64,000 nucleotides of DNA from Marsupella aquatica. Its lineage: Eukaryota; Plantae; Marchantiophyta. Shown piece by piece: positions 25,840-37,100 of the stretch. Within the stretch, counting starts at the first letter, position 1. Each line of letters begins with the position of its first letter. Position numbers and translations under genes: made by a program. The notes beneath the pieces were generated by a model. The model worked only from the letters and a program-made list of their open reading frames with translations, made no database searches and was not told where the DNA came from. The DNA lies in the NCBI GenBank assembly GCA_973895155.1, contig OZ316892.1:26187233-26251232 (forward strand), written 5' to 3'.

Positions 25840-26409
25840 GGTATTAGATAAAGTGGCTACAGGAAGATCCTGAATCTTATATTATTTAATCAGCTTTTAA
25901 TTACTTTGTCATTGACCACATTCAAATTGACAATACTTCCACTATTTTACTGGCATTAGAAATATGTCATGGTTTTACAATACTCCTTACCAAAGGTTGA
26001 GAAGAGTTTAGACATGGGTTATATTAGTCCTCTATGAGACACACGTCAAAGGTGGAATGTTTTCTGTCCAGATTGCCCTCAAGTTTCTCTTGAGCAAATG
26101 TCAAGATAAATCCCAGGAGAAACTTTGTTTGTACATACTGCCAAGTGGATGGGTGCCAACAAGTTTAGGGGTGAGGCAACAGGTGGGGAAGGCAACCATG
26201 GGTGGGCTTGAGCTTTGCTCATTCAAGTATTCAGGCTAGTGATCACTCAAATATGCACTTCAAGCCTATTATCTTCCCTCTATATTGCACAATTAGCCGG
26301 ATGACCCATGTGTCTACAAATGAAGGGCACTCTATGCCCGTCCTTGCTCACGAGCACAATGTAAGTATCAGTTTTTGTGTTGTTTGCCAGATTAATTAAG
26401 ACCTGTGGT

Positions 26410-26545
26410 GCCCAGAGAGGCATGCCTGAGTGGTAGCTCACTTGAGTGGAGACTAATGGGTTTTGGGTTCAAATGTTATGAATGACTGTTCCCATTTTGT
26501 GGGGTTTCACAGATTTGTCCCTTAAAAAAATAGAATAATTTAAAC
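26410..26545 (+). mobile_element. tRNA-derived SINE (136 bp)
   Basis: A-box-like TGCCTGAGTGG (26423), B-box GGTTCAAAT (26466), A-rich tail, and perfect 14-bp TSD TTAAGACCTGTGGT (26396-26409, 26546-26559). Confidence 0.8.
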
Positions 26546-26989
26546 TTAAGACCTGTGGTTTCACTCTAGTGCCTGTACCCCTTTTGAAATTTTCCTCTTT
26601 GTATTTTTAGGGCATTATTGGAGAAAAATGCACACTCTACTTTTCCGTAGTCTACTTTAACTTAAATCAATCAAAATAAAAAGTTCTCACACCTCTAAAA
26701 ATATTAAGCTCCGTTTATCAGAGCATTATGGGCATTAATAGCCCCTCAAAGGTTGAGCTGAAACTCTCATTCTTGCTTGGGTTAACTCTAGTCTTGGGTT
26801 AACTATACTTAGAGTGTTCACCATTAGGGCTCGCATTAGGGTGTTAATGTAGGTTAGTTGCAACTCTAGTTCCTAGCATATTAGGGGAGCAAGGAATTGT
26901 TTCTCTTGGCAATTCACACTCATTATTGAGTGAGCAAGCTAGGTGCTAACTGGAGCATTCTTGGAGAGCTTGTACTTGGAGGATTCGTG

Positions 26990-27121
26990 TGACATGGCGA
27001 CCAAAGTTTAGTAAAGTTTTAGCATTCCGTGAATGTAGCCTTGACAAAAGTGAACCACAACTCTTGTGTGTCGGTGTGCTTGCTTGCCTCTGGTGTATTA
27101 TGTCACTAGTTTTTCCCAATA
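26990..27121 (+). mobile_element. Degenerate LTR 3' fragment related to the other solo LTRs
   Basis: AGTAAAG...CCGTGAATGTAGCC...GTGAACCAC motif; boundaries uncertain. Confidence 0.45.
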
Positions 27122-27128
27122 ATTCTTT

Positions 27129-27504
27129 GGGGCATTATACATAACTCTACCTGGGACCATATATATAGAAGGTCATGAAGGGTAGGCTTAGATTGCACAT
27201 CAAAATATAGTTAATCTGTAGATATAGATAGATGGGATAATATATGAGGTTGGGGCATTATACATAACTATACCTGGGACCATATATATAGAAGGGCATG
27301 AAGGGTAGGCTTAGATTGCGCATCAATATCTAGTTAAACTGTAGATATAGATAGATGGGATAATATATGAGGTTGGGGCATTATACATAACTATACCTGG
27401 GACCATATATCATATATACAGTAGGTCATGAAGGGTAGGCTTAGATTGCGCATCAAAATAGAGTTAAACTGTAGATATAGATAGATGGGATAATATATGA
27501 GGTT
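27129..27504. repeat. 123-bp tandem repeat x3
   Basis: GGGGCATTATACATAACT starts at 27129, 27252 and 27375; the copies are nearly identical. Confidence 0.95.
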
Positions 27505-27988
27505 CCCAAAAGTAACGATTGCAAAGGAAAAAGGCACCAATTTTGAAAGCTCTGGAAAAGAAAAACTGTCTTTCCCCAAAATGAGGAAGTGGGTGCGTGG
27601 GACCCAAAGTCTTTGCGATTCAATTCCATCCATCCGCCCTTCATCTCTGGTTCATCTCTGGTACAGAGATCATTCGGAGCAGAGAAAACGACTCACTACA
27701 GTGCTGTAAATCGATATCTGGACGAAGAGGTCTGTCAATTCAGCTGCAGGAGAGGAAACCTGCGGAATGTGCTGAGGTAGTTTAGTAGCAAGAGAATCAA
27801 GAAGGTCTCCGCCGCACGAGAGGAAACCGGAGGAATGTGGTGAGGTTGGAGCAAGAGAATCAGCCGAGCGACGCGGATTTGCATTCGGCTGAGAAGAAGG
27901 GAGCGGAGCAGAGGAGAGGAGGGCTTGCGAGTCTGTGATCGTTTCGTTGGAGCTGTTGTTGTTGTTGTTGGTGTTGCTGGCGTTGGAG

Positions 27989-30766
27989 ATGGCTGCAGTT
28001 TCAGCTACAATCGTCCGGGCTGCTCTCGGATCCGTTGCTGCGCGGCGGACGGGCGCAACCCAGGTGTGGATCTCGATCGGAGGCCATAGCCAGTGCTCTT
28101 TGAGAGATTCCAGGACTGTCCGGTGCCGTTCCCCCGTTTTTTCCAGTTCAGGTGGGTTTCCGGTGTTTCGTGTCTTCTGCAGTAGAAGTGGTCATTTAAA
28201 AGTAAGCTTTTCTTTGGTCTGCATGAAAATGATTCTTGGTCTGGAATGTATGGCGTTGGAGTCTAGGGTTTTTTACGACATAAAGATATCTTTCTTGCTA
28301 CCTGTCTGGAATTTGTGTTGGGAGGTGTGTTGGGCCGTGTGTGCTATATCGTAGAAAATTGGTCGTCCGAGTGTTTTTTGTAAGACTAGAACAGTGTCCT
28401 TGATCTAGAACTGTGACACGCCGTGGAAGCTTTGGAGGTAGAACTCAGGTCCTGTGCATTCACTCGAGATTGTGGTGGAGGTGTCCACGTAGAATGATGA
28501 CTTCTTCACTTGAGAGTTGACGATCTACAAGGCAATGGGTGCATAATGTGTTAGTTTTTTTTCCCTGGTTTCCGTCCCAAGAAGCGAATGCAACTTATGT
28601 GGTGTGGGTTGTTTCAGTCGTATTGTGGCGTTTGGGTCGATAGATTTCCTGTTAGTCGGAGTTCCTGTGCTCTACGTCTGGAGTATGTCATTGCACCTAT
28701 GTCGGAGCTGAGGGGTCGTTTCCTTCGTCGATTATTTCGTCAACATGGATTTACTATCTGAGAAGTTTGTCTACTTTGCTGTCTACTTTGCTGTATAAGT
28801 TATCACATGCTATATTCCCAGACCTAATAAGCTTCTAGCCCCTTGTCAGCCTCACATCCAAACATTGGGCCTTATCACATATGTGTAGTAGTCCGGGCGC
28901 ACTAAGCATGGCACGCTCGTTTTCCCTGGGTCACCCCGCAATTGTCCCTGTGGACAGACAGACAGACGGACGGAAGGAAGGAAGGAATCGGCATTTGTAC
29001 CTGTGGATAGACAGACGGACGGAAGGAAGGAAGGAACTATTGTTCATCTAGAGACCTCATCACCAGCTCCGGAACTTCGAAATGGAGTAATATCCTCACC
29101 CACTGAATATCTTGCGGTGCATATTTTTGTCGATGGATTAGGTTGTCTTATTTCCTCTTTATATCTAGAAAACATTCCGTTTGTTTTTTATTCATCAGAG
29201 TTTACAGTGCTTGAATCCTTCCCCGGCGGATTCATCCCAATGCATCGTGCGGTGTTTTAAGGACAATTCTATATCAGTTCTGTAACGCGTGGTCTCTTTT
29301 GCATGTGTAGTCTCCAGGAGGCTTGCCTGTGAACCTTGTAGCAGGAGTGGGGATTACTGCAGCCGTTTTTATGATGACAGTGCTTGGGTTTATGGCCAAG
29401 CCAAGTTCAAATGGAGGGTCGGTCGCTGATCTTATCAAAAGAGGCCAGCTGAGATCTGACAGAGGCACAAAGTACGTAGATTTTCTTATCTCCCTAACTG
29501 GAAAGTTTCGGTTTCATTCTCGCTTAGCAGGGTGATTGATTGTATTGTCAATGCAATGACCATTGTGAACCGAAAGGCAGACCTCCGATCATGTCGTTTT
29601 GCTCTAGTAAATTGTACCTAGTTATCAGCGTGGAGTACTGATTCTGACCTACGGGTATTGAAACGAAAGTTGTTATTGACTGACCACTGTTATTGTTGTC
29701 GTGTAGTTCGAAGACCCTGATGTATGATGATCCCTTCAACAATCCTCTCGTGAAGATGGGTGACAAGAATCCCATCGTAAAGATGTGTGGAAAAATGTTC
29801 AGGCTAGCGCCTGTAACTCTAACGGAAGAGAAGGTCTTAAAGCATCAGAATCGTCGCATCCAGGCATACAAGTGGAGAAGGCCAATTGTGTTCCTCAATG
29901 AAGGGGAGCCTGTTCCAGAGGGAGTAGATCCTGAAGAAGTCCGATGGATACCCTCAAATCATCCTTTTGCCACGACCAGCAACAGTATTGATGAAGATTT
30001 GGCTCAGAAGAACGTCTATCAAACAAGAGGCGTACCTTCTCGTGTACGAGCAGAACATGAGGCTCTACGGAAGAGGATTTTGGAGACAGCCCGCGTAGTA
30101 AGACCTAACCCTGTTTCGAGATTTCTCCTGCTTTGTTGGTTTTTTTCGAAAGGCGTGCCTAGAGTATCTAATATGTACGTCGAGATCCTTACAACTAGCA
30201 AGCAAGTGTTCTTAATGAGCAAGCAAATGAGCAAGTGACTACATGCATAGAGCTGAGCTGAATGAGGCATATGAATCTTTTCGTACTGCTCCCTAGGTGA
30301 ATTTACTGTCAGTGGAGTGGGAAAGCATGCGTGGACAGGAAGGCATGCAAGCAAGGGCATCTGTCTTGTGTAGTTAGGCACGCCCTTACTAGCTTTAATT
30401 CCCGGAGACATGCTGTCAGCTGCCAATCATTTGTAAGAGGCCCAGGACATATGTGTTAACATGCAACAAAAGCCTCTTTATATGAACTAATATTCATTTC
30501 TTGACGTAATTTGCCACCAGGAGCCGGATTTTCAGCTTCCAAATGTGGAAAATAGCGGGGCGCAGGCATGGAAGACTGTTGATGAGACACCTGAAAGTTC
30601 CGGTACATTATCTGCGGATGAGGGTCAAGAGCAAGTAAACGGAAAAGGTGGAGGCAATTCTCCCAGAAATGTAGGTGTCCAAGGTGGTCCCAGGGATGGT
30701 GTATCTGAATCGCGATTTAGAACTATCGATTTTTCGGGGGAGGAGCAAGGGTCAAGTAGGAGTTAA
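27989..30766 (+). CDS. MCD1: MULTIPLE CHLOROPLAST DIVISION SITE 1 homolog; exons approx. 27989-28201, 29311-29471, 29707-30097, 30521-30766
   Basis: Transit-peptide-like N-terminus, then a TM segment, GSVADLIKRGQLRSDR, YDDPFNNPLVK, MCGKMFRLAPVTLT, RWIPSNHPFATT and GVPSRVRAEHEAL. Splice phases are consistent; an extra small exon in intron 1 cannot be excluded. Confidence 0.88.
28885..29092 (-). mobile_element. Short microsatellite-bearing element (Helitron/HINE-like) in MCD1 intron 1
   Basis: Duplicated CCTGTGGA-(GACA)n(GACG)n(GAAG)n block, with imperfect stem-loops at both ends. Confidence 0.35.
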
Positions 30767-31811
30767 GAGTGAGTGTCATGGCTGGGGTTTGTTATCAATT
30801 AGGTTTGAGTTCACATCTTCGGAGATATAAGTCCAATGTGGATCTCCAACGTTGGTGTCGAACGATTAAGAAGCATTGTAAGGACAAGTTTAACAAAACT
30901 TGTGCCGCAGGTAAATGATGTAAGATAGGCTGCTCATCCACTTTAAGGATCAGTATAGCATGTAGTGAATCGGCATGGATACCACTAATTGGTTGTAAAC
31001 TGATTTGTGAGTGTCTCCTTGTGTACAGAAACCCTGGACTGATTGTTTTCAGAATACAGGGATTTGGTTAGAGGTGGGGAGTTTGTAACCCCATTCATCC
31101 ATAGCCATAACGCAACAAAGGGCTCCCTGATGAAGGCAGGCTGTATGAGTTCATTTCTATCCCTTTGTGACATCTGGCTGGAGATAGATGGAGCACATTT
31201 ATTCTCCTGTCGGCCTTGAAACCCCCAAAAGTTCAGATATTTGGCTTCTTTAGTAACTTATTGGATTTAAGTCCTGTATGACCTGATAGATACCTAAGTT
31301 GAGTGTAAGATTCTTTGGTTTCCACCATTTTGAGTTGATTGTCTTCGTGATGACGATTGGGATGGACAGATGGGAGCTGACGCCCGTGGGCATGACACAT
31401 TGGTGATGCATGTAGTTTTTTGCTGGTAGGCTAGCCTTGGCTTGAAAGAACGTATATTCCACGAGCGTTCACGGCAGAATGGAAATTCTTAGTACTTAAT
31501 CAAGGTTTATATGGAGAGTAAACCCCCGCGGAAAAAAATGTCAGGAGGAGGCTGCATTTGAATTCTCTTTTCTGAATTAGAGCGAGCCAATATCCAAGGA
31601 AGTTGTATACTATGTTGATGGAACAGCGTGTTGATAACCGGAAAGAACAGAGTTCAGATGAACTAGAGATTACGTGCTCTTCAAGATTCTGGAATGTTGG
31701 ACATACTTTTATTTGGAAGGAAGACTTGCTACAGTTCCCCTCTCTCTGTGTTGATCCTTTAGTGCCATCTACAAGCTGCCCAGTAGATTAGAGGGCTGAA
31801 CTTGTTTACGT

Positions 31812-33053
31812 TCAAGATTGCTTGCTGATAGACCCACCGGCACCGACGCCCTCAGCTTTTTTCTGCTCGCTTGCAGAAAGTGTGGCCCTGTCTCGTTTCC
31901 TTCCTTCTTGCCCACTGACAGTTTCCTTGCTACCCTGCTGCTTCACTGAAACATCCGGTGCCACATTTAGTCCGTTCGCGTTCAAGCTGACGTTCCCAGC
32001 CTGCAGAAACGAGCAAAGAAACGATTGGCACAACAGTCAGAAACATAAATTTAACCGTTGGTTCAACAGCTGCACCATTCTGGAGACAGTCATGGATAAT
32101 CGAAATGTCTTCTACTTCTTAGTTCTTGCGAGCACAGGTTCATCAATGACTTCAACTCCTACCAAAGATGTGCATCACCTGTTGATTTTCCTGTGTTTGT
32201 ACTGCAGTTGGTACTTGACCGACTTTCAGAATGCCTTCAATGGCTTCTTGAACCTGTACAACTTCCGATCTCAATTTGTCGACCTCTGGAATAAGGGGCA
32301 GCACATAATTGTCACACATCAGATGTCGTCCTTATTAATCTCTGCTACAACAATGTCATGAGGCAAGCCGATCAACGTAGAGCATGCATACGATGGATTA
32401 CCAAGCTGGTGTACTTCTTTCGGCTGTGGCTGGCCCTCCTGGTTATTCATCCTAGCAAATTGATGACTCATGATCCTGTGCCTCTCTTTTACTTTGTGGA
32501 GAGCATCTCTCAGGAGTTGATTGTTCTTGGCCAGGTGCTGTCCTTTCATGTCAATCTTTGACCGTCCACGTTCTTCAACAAGGGACCCTAACTTTTGTTT
32601 GTCGTCCCTCAGAACTGTCAATTCGCGCCAGAATTGTAGAATTTCGTTCGTCGACCATTTCTGTTCTTCAACACTGAGCTGTAGCTTCTGTTTTTCCTCC
32701 TTCAAAACATCAATGTCACTCATTTTCTTGAACGCAATGGCTTTCATCAACGTTAATTCCAACATATTCCTTTCTGCTTCTCTTTGGGTGATTTCCGTTT
32801 GTAAGATCTCCCGAGACTGGAGAGCAATTTCCTTCGCTTTCACCAAGACTTCAATATCCCTGTCCATGGCCTGTATACGATTTGAAAATGACTTCAACGA
32901 AGTTTTAAGTACGTTCCACTTTGTGATCTGCTCCCAATCACTGAATCGAGGAGCATTATCAAGTAAGCGGAAGAGAAAGCAACTATTGCTCTCTTCCAAT
33001 TCTGGATCCATGGAGAAAAATTCTGGATCCATGGAGAAAAATTCTGGATCCAT
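31812..33053 (-). CDS. Uncharacterised coiled-coil protein, copy A (intact, ~315 aa); exons 33053-32402, 32285-32179, 32000-31812
   Basis: Open frame across GT-AG junctions with matching phases; heptad-rich E/K/L/Q sequence. Intron positions are shared with the paralogs at 56.5 kb and 61.4 kb. Confidence 0.75.
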
Positions 33054-34109
33054 GGAGAAACACACGTCCTGTCAATAAAGGAGACAAAGCTGTGCGCTTA
33101 TCCCGTCGCTTCGCTTTCCTTCGCCTGGCCTGCCTACCTGCAATGACGAATTATTTTTCAGTCTCCTTCATAACAGACACAAACTGGAGGCGCAACCTCT
33201 TCGCTCTAGAAATTTCTTTGCTTGAAGCTAGTAAAGCTTCTTCACCTGGAGTCCTACAATTGTCCAAACGTCAAATAGGCACGAAACCCCAAGATGACTA
33301 GAATAATCAGGTGACTCGATTATCATATCACGTAACAGAATCGAAAGCTAGATCAGATTGACCACTACGGGATGCCAGCGAATAGATCAGCGTTGCTACA
33401 AGTGTCTCAAGAGCAACTTGGTTGGAAAGCTTATTGTATAGGTTCTCGATCGGTGGAGAGTGGATCTCTGTCCAGTGCAGGTGTTTCGCCCAACCTTTTC
33501 AGGAGCAGCAGTTCTCCAGTTTCCTCAATATATGCCCTCCAAGGAATTATAATTTCTTTCACCAGCTTGCATGCACGCACCGGGGTTTCTGTCCGTTGCC
33601 CCTTCATATTTCAATTGGGCTGGCAGTGCTTTTGGTATCGTTTTGGAGAGCGAATTTTGAGAAACAAAAGGACAATCTATAGAAACTTTTATGAATCGAA
33701 TTTCCCTCACAAAGTTACGAATCGCCCGGAAGCTCATTCGTCGCGGTCTTGGTATAACCAGCTCGGGAAAAAAATGAAACAACCACGCACGAATACATCG
33801 CCTGCTGCAGAATGACATTTGCTTGGCAAGCCATTTGTAGAGTCCAACCACAACACAAGCGGAGCTCGGCATCTTTACAAGGATTAAAATGAATCTTTCG
33901 CAAGTATCAAAACTTTTGTGTTTGGAACATGACTTGAATTGGACACTGCGTCCTAAGATTTCATGATGCCAAATACAGACACCATCTGGAACTATGGGCT
34001 ACTCCTATCCGTGGGGACTTAGACCGATGGGTTGCTACCCTGAAAAGTAAAACTGCCTACTTCCCCAATCTTGAATCAATTTCTGTGACAACGGACAAAA
34101 CAAAAGAAT

Positions 34110-37100
34110 CTATGATACATCAAAAAGCTGTGAGCAGTGAGTAAGCCACTCATTTTTCGAGTCCAAGCATTTGTGGAACGAAAAATCTGTGCATGACCCG
34201 TCCTTGCGGGAAATGTGAAAGCATTTGCTTGTTGGATAATCTGGGTGATAATCAACCTGCAACATCGGTATTTCACATGATTGAAGTAAGCTCGCCGACT
34301 AATCACATGGAAGATCACTTCATCCATCATGTGCAGAAAGCAACTCCCACACTCATGCATAGCAGAGTGTGGTGGTTGTCTATGCGCATGTAGTAACTAC
34401 AACTCTCTTTCTCCATAGCTGTTGATCTTCCCTCCACTCGGAGCAACCACCCATACTCTTTGTTCTCTATAGACATCAACACATATCCAAGGAAGGACAT
34501 TCAATTAAGTTTCTGGGAATGAAAGACTATACTGCTAAGTTTCCACTTGAGAATGGAGGGTTATAAACTATGTTTCTGCAGAGGTCAACACAAACAACAT
34601 ATTTTAAAAAGTAGTTGTCTATGCAAGTGTTTAACCTCACCTTGATATAGTCTACCCCACACCCAATTTTCTCTTCTCTCTGTGGGTGATGAGCAAGGAC
34701 ATCCTCCACGATCATCTTTTCAATATCTGCGTGAACTCTCTCCCCCACGCGATACCTGAGATGCCAAAAGTTCAACAGATGATCAGAGAACCAAACACCA
34801 ATACCCTAAACATTGAAATTGAAGTCGAATTCTATCAGAGAAATTCGGAATTAGAAGCTGGAGTTGTGAGTGAGAGAAAAGACAGATTTTGAGAAGAACA
34901 TGAATTTTTTTGTAGCTTTTTGAGTTGTAGTGAGAGAATTGACCAACCTGACATGAAGGAGATTCTGTAGCATTGTCTTCTGATCTATAATCATATGCTC
35001 GAATTCACTCTCGGCCACCACCACCGACGGAGCTTGATCTCTCCTACCAGTATTTCCAGGAGACCCAGGAGACAAACGCGTATGCTGCTGCTGATTGAAG
35101 CCATCGTTCAACACTTTTGTTCTGGATTGGGATATGCCACCCGTCGTAGTCGTCCCCCCATCACCTCTTCCCACGTCAACTACACGAAGTGGTTCTTCGG
35201 TTTCTTGCACACGACTGTCCTCATCAATCTTGTTCGGCTTGTTGAAAAATTTTCGGAATGGATCCAGAATACGCCCAGGATTTAAAGACCACGTTCGTTT
35301 GGAACTAGAGACGGAAGACCGGTGGCCAATCTCGCTCTTGCTAACATCTCCATTACTCGGTGACACACTACCAGGTACACCATTTGTTGCTCCCTTCGCT
35401 CCATTGAAACTAGTCAAAGCTTCCGAGATTTCATCCGCTGTTGCGGCCAGGTTATTTTCCGACGCTTCCTCAGAGGAGATGGTGCTGTTGTCATCTGTAC
35501 AGTCCAACACCCTCAGCTCCTCTGCAACCGGAACATCCGCACATCCTAACCAGGTCGCTTTCTGAGAATCATTGACTGTGAGAGTGGCAATGTAGTCCTC
35601 GACTCGGGAAAGAACTGGGCTTTCATGCTTCCGTAACAATTTAATACTCGGTTGATCATCTGTTCCTTCTTCCAATGTTTCCAGCAATCGTTTGCATCCT
35701 GTTCTCGTATCGCGGTCGATGGCAAGTACCTCCCTCAGTTTTGTGAATCCTTCATTTGTGCCATCCTGCAAAGCAGTAGGTGTTTGTTGTGTCGATGGAT
35801 GTTCATGCCCCTCTTCTTCCGAACTTTCGGGCACTCGTTCGCATCCTGTTCTCATCTTGTCGCCCTCGATGGCAAGTGCCTTAATTTCTTCTTCCAACCC
35901 GTCCACTATCCCGTTACAACCCTCATTTTTGTCATCCTGCAAAACAGTAGCTGTTTGTTGTGTGGATTCATGCTCATCTTCTTCATGGCTGTCCGGGAGA
36001 GCATTCTCATTAGTGGGGGGCCTTGTGGTCGTAGCTTGCAAACTTTTCACCGAGTCTTCGATTTCTTCTTCATCCCCGTATTGGAAAATTGTGGCTTTGG
36101 TGAAGTCGTTTCCCTTGCCCAGCATCACCCCTGCCAGTTTGCCATCGTCGAAAATCGGAGTTTCCGTCAATTCCAAGTCCTTTAGCAAGTCCAAATAGAT
36201 CCGGGTTTGTTTGCTTTTCTGGAATAAGGACTTGGTTTTGATGGACTTCTTGATGGACTTGTGAACGTGAGAATTTTCCTGGGCCGATTTCGATTTTGGT
36301 TTGACGGGCACTGCTTTAGCTTTGGTCTTCCTCAGTTCTTCCCAAAGATCAAGAGGATCACGTTGCCACTTTTGGGTTGGGATTCTGGATACCTATTGAA
36401 GAGAACACAACCTCCAAAATCAAACAATAAAATATAATTGTGACCGAAAAACCGAGACCTGTTGTACACTCTTCTAATTATTACATAATATATCAAAACT
36501 GAAAAACCATTCAAATGCAGCAAGTTCGGACGATCGAGGCAGTAGACAACTCTAATCCTAAAAGAACTTAACTCTTACCTTTGGGTTAATCTGGAACGCA
36601 ACCCCAGTCCCAAGTGGTATTCGTGATCCCCAAACGGCGGAACTCAACACTCCATCTATGTTTTCAGAAGTCCCTTTAGCTGCGGCATCTAAGAATGTCT
36701 TTTTGGGTTGCTGCACGCACAGCAAACGACTGTCACTACCAGAAAGATTGCCTTGACCTAACAAAGATCACAAGGCTTCAGACTCTCGAATTTCACTTAT
36801 CACGAATTAGTGCTCCTTGCTTTATCTTATTTCTGCACTAAGCACTAATTCATGAACCAAAGAATATCTCTGGGCAATTTTAGAAGAGTGTCCTGGCTTC
36901 ATTCTAGGACGTACTGAAGAAAGAGCCTATCCAGTTCTAGTCCCCTACCGACTGCAGAAAAGGGATAACCTGAGAGCTAATGCGTGAATGAAGCATCTCT
37001 ATTGCCAATCTCACAAGAGAGTCCTGGTTTCATTCTAGGACGCGCTGAAGAGAGACTATCAAGTTTCAGTCCCCTCCATACTGTACTGAGCTTCAATATT

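Noticed and set aside
33054-34110. Coiled-coil copy A as extra C-terminal exons of NRPD1
   Set aside because: The DeCL exon ends in TAG at 34110, and A has its own upstream region shared with B and C.
34995-36198. Plus-strand ORFs of 96-177 aa (similar cases at 32521-33078 and 61232-62056)
   Set aside because: Antisense shadows of real coding exons.
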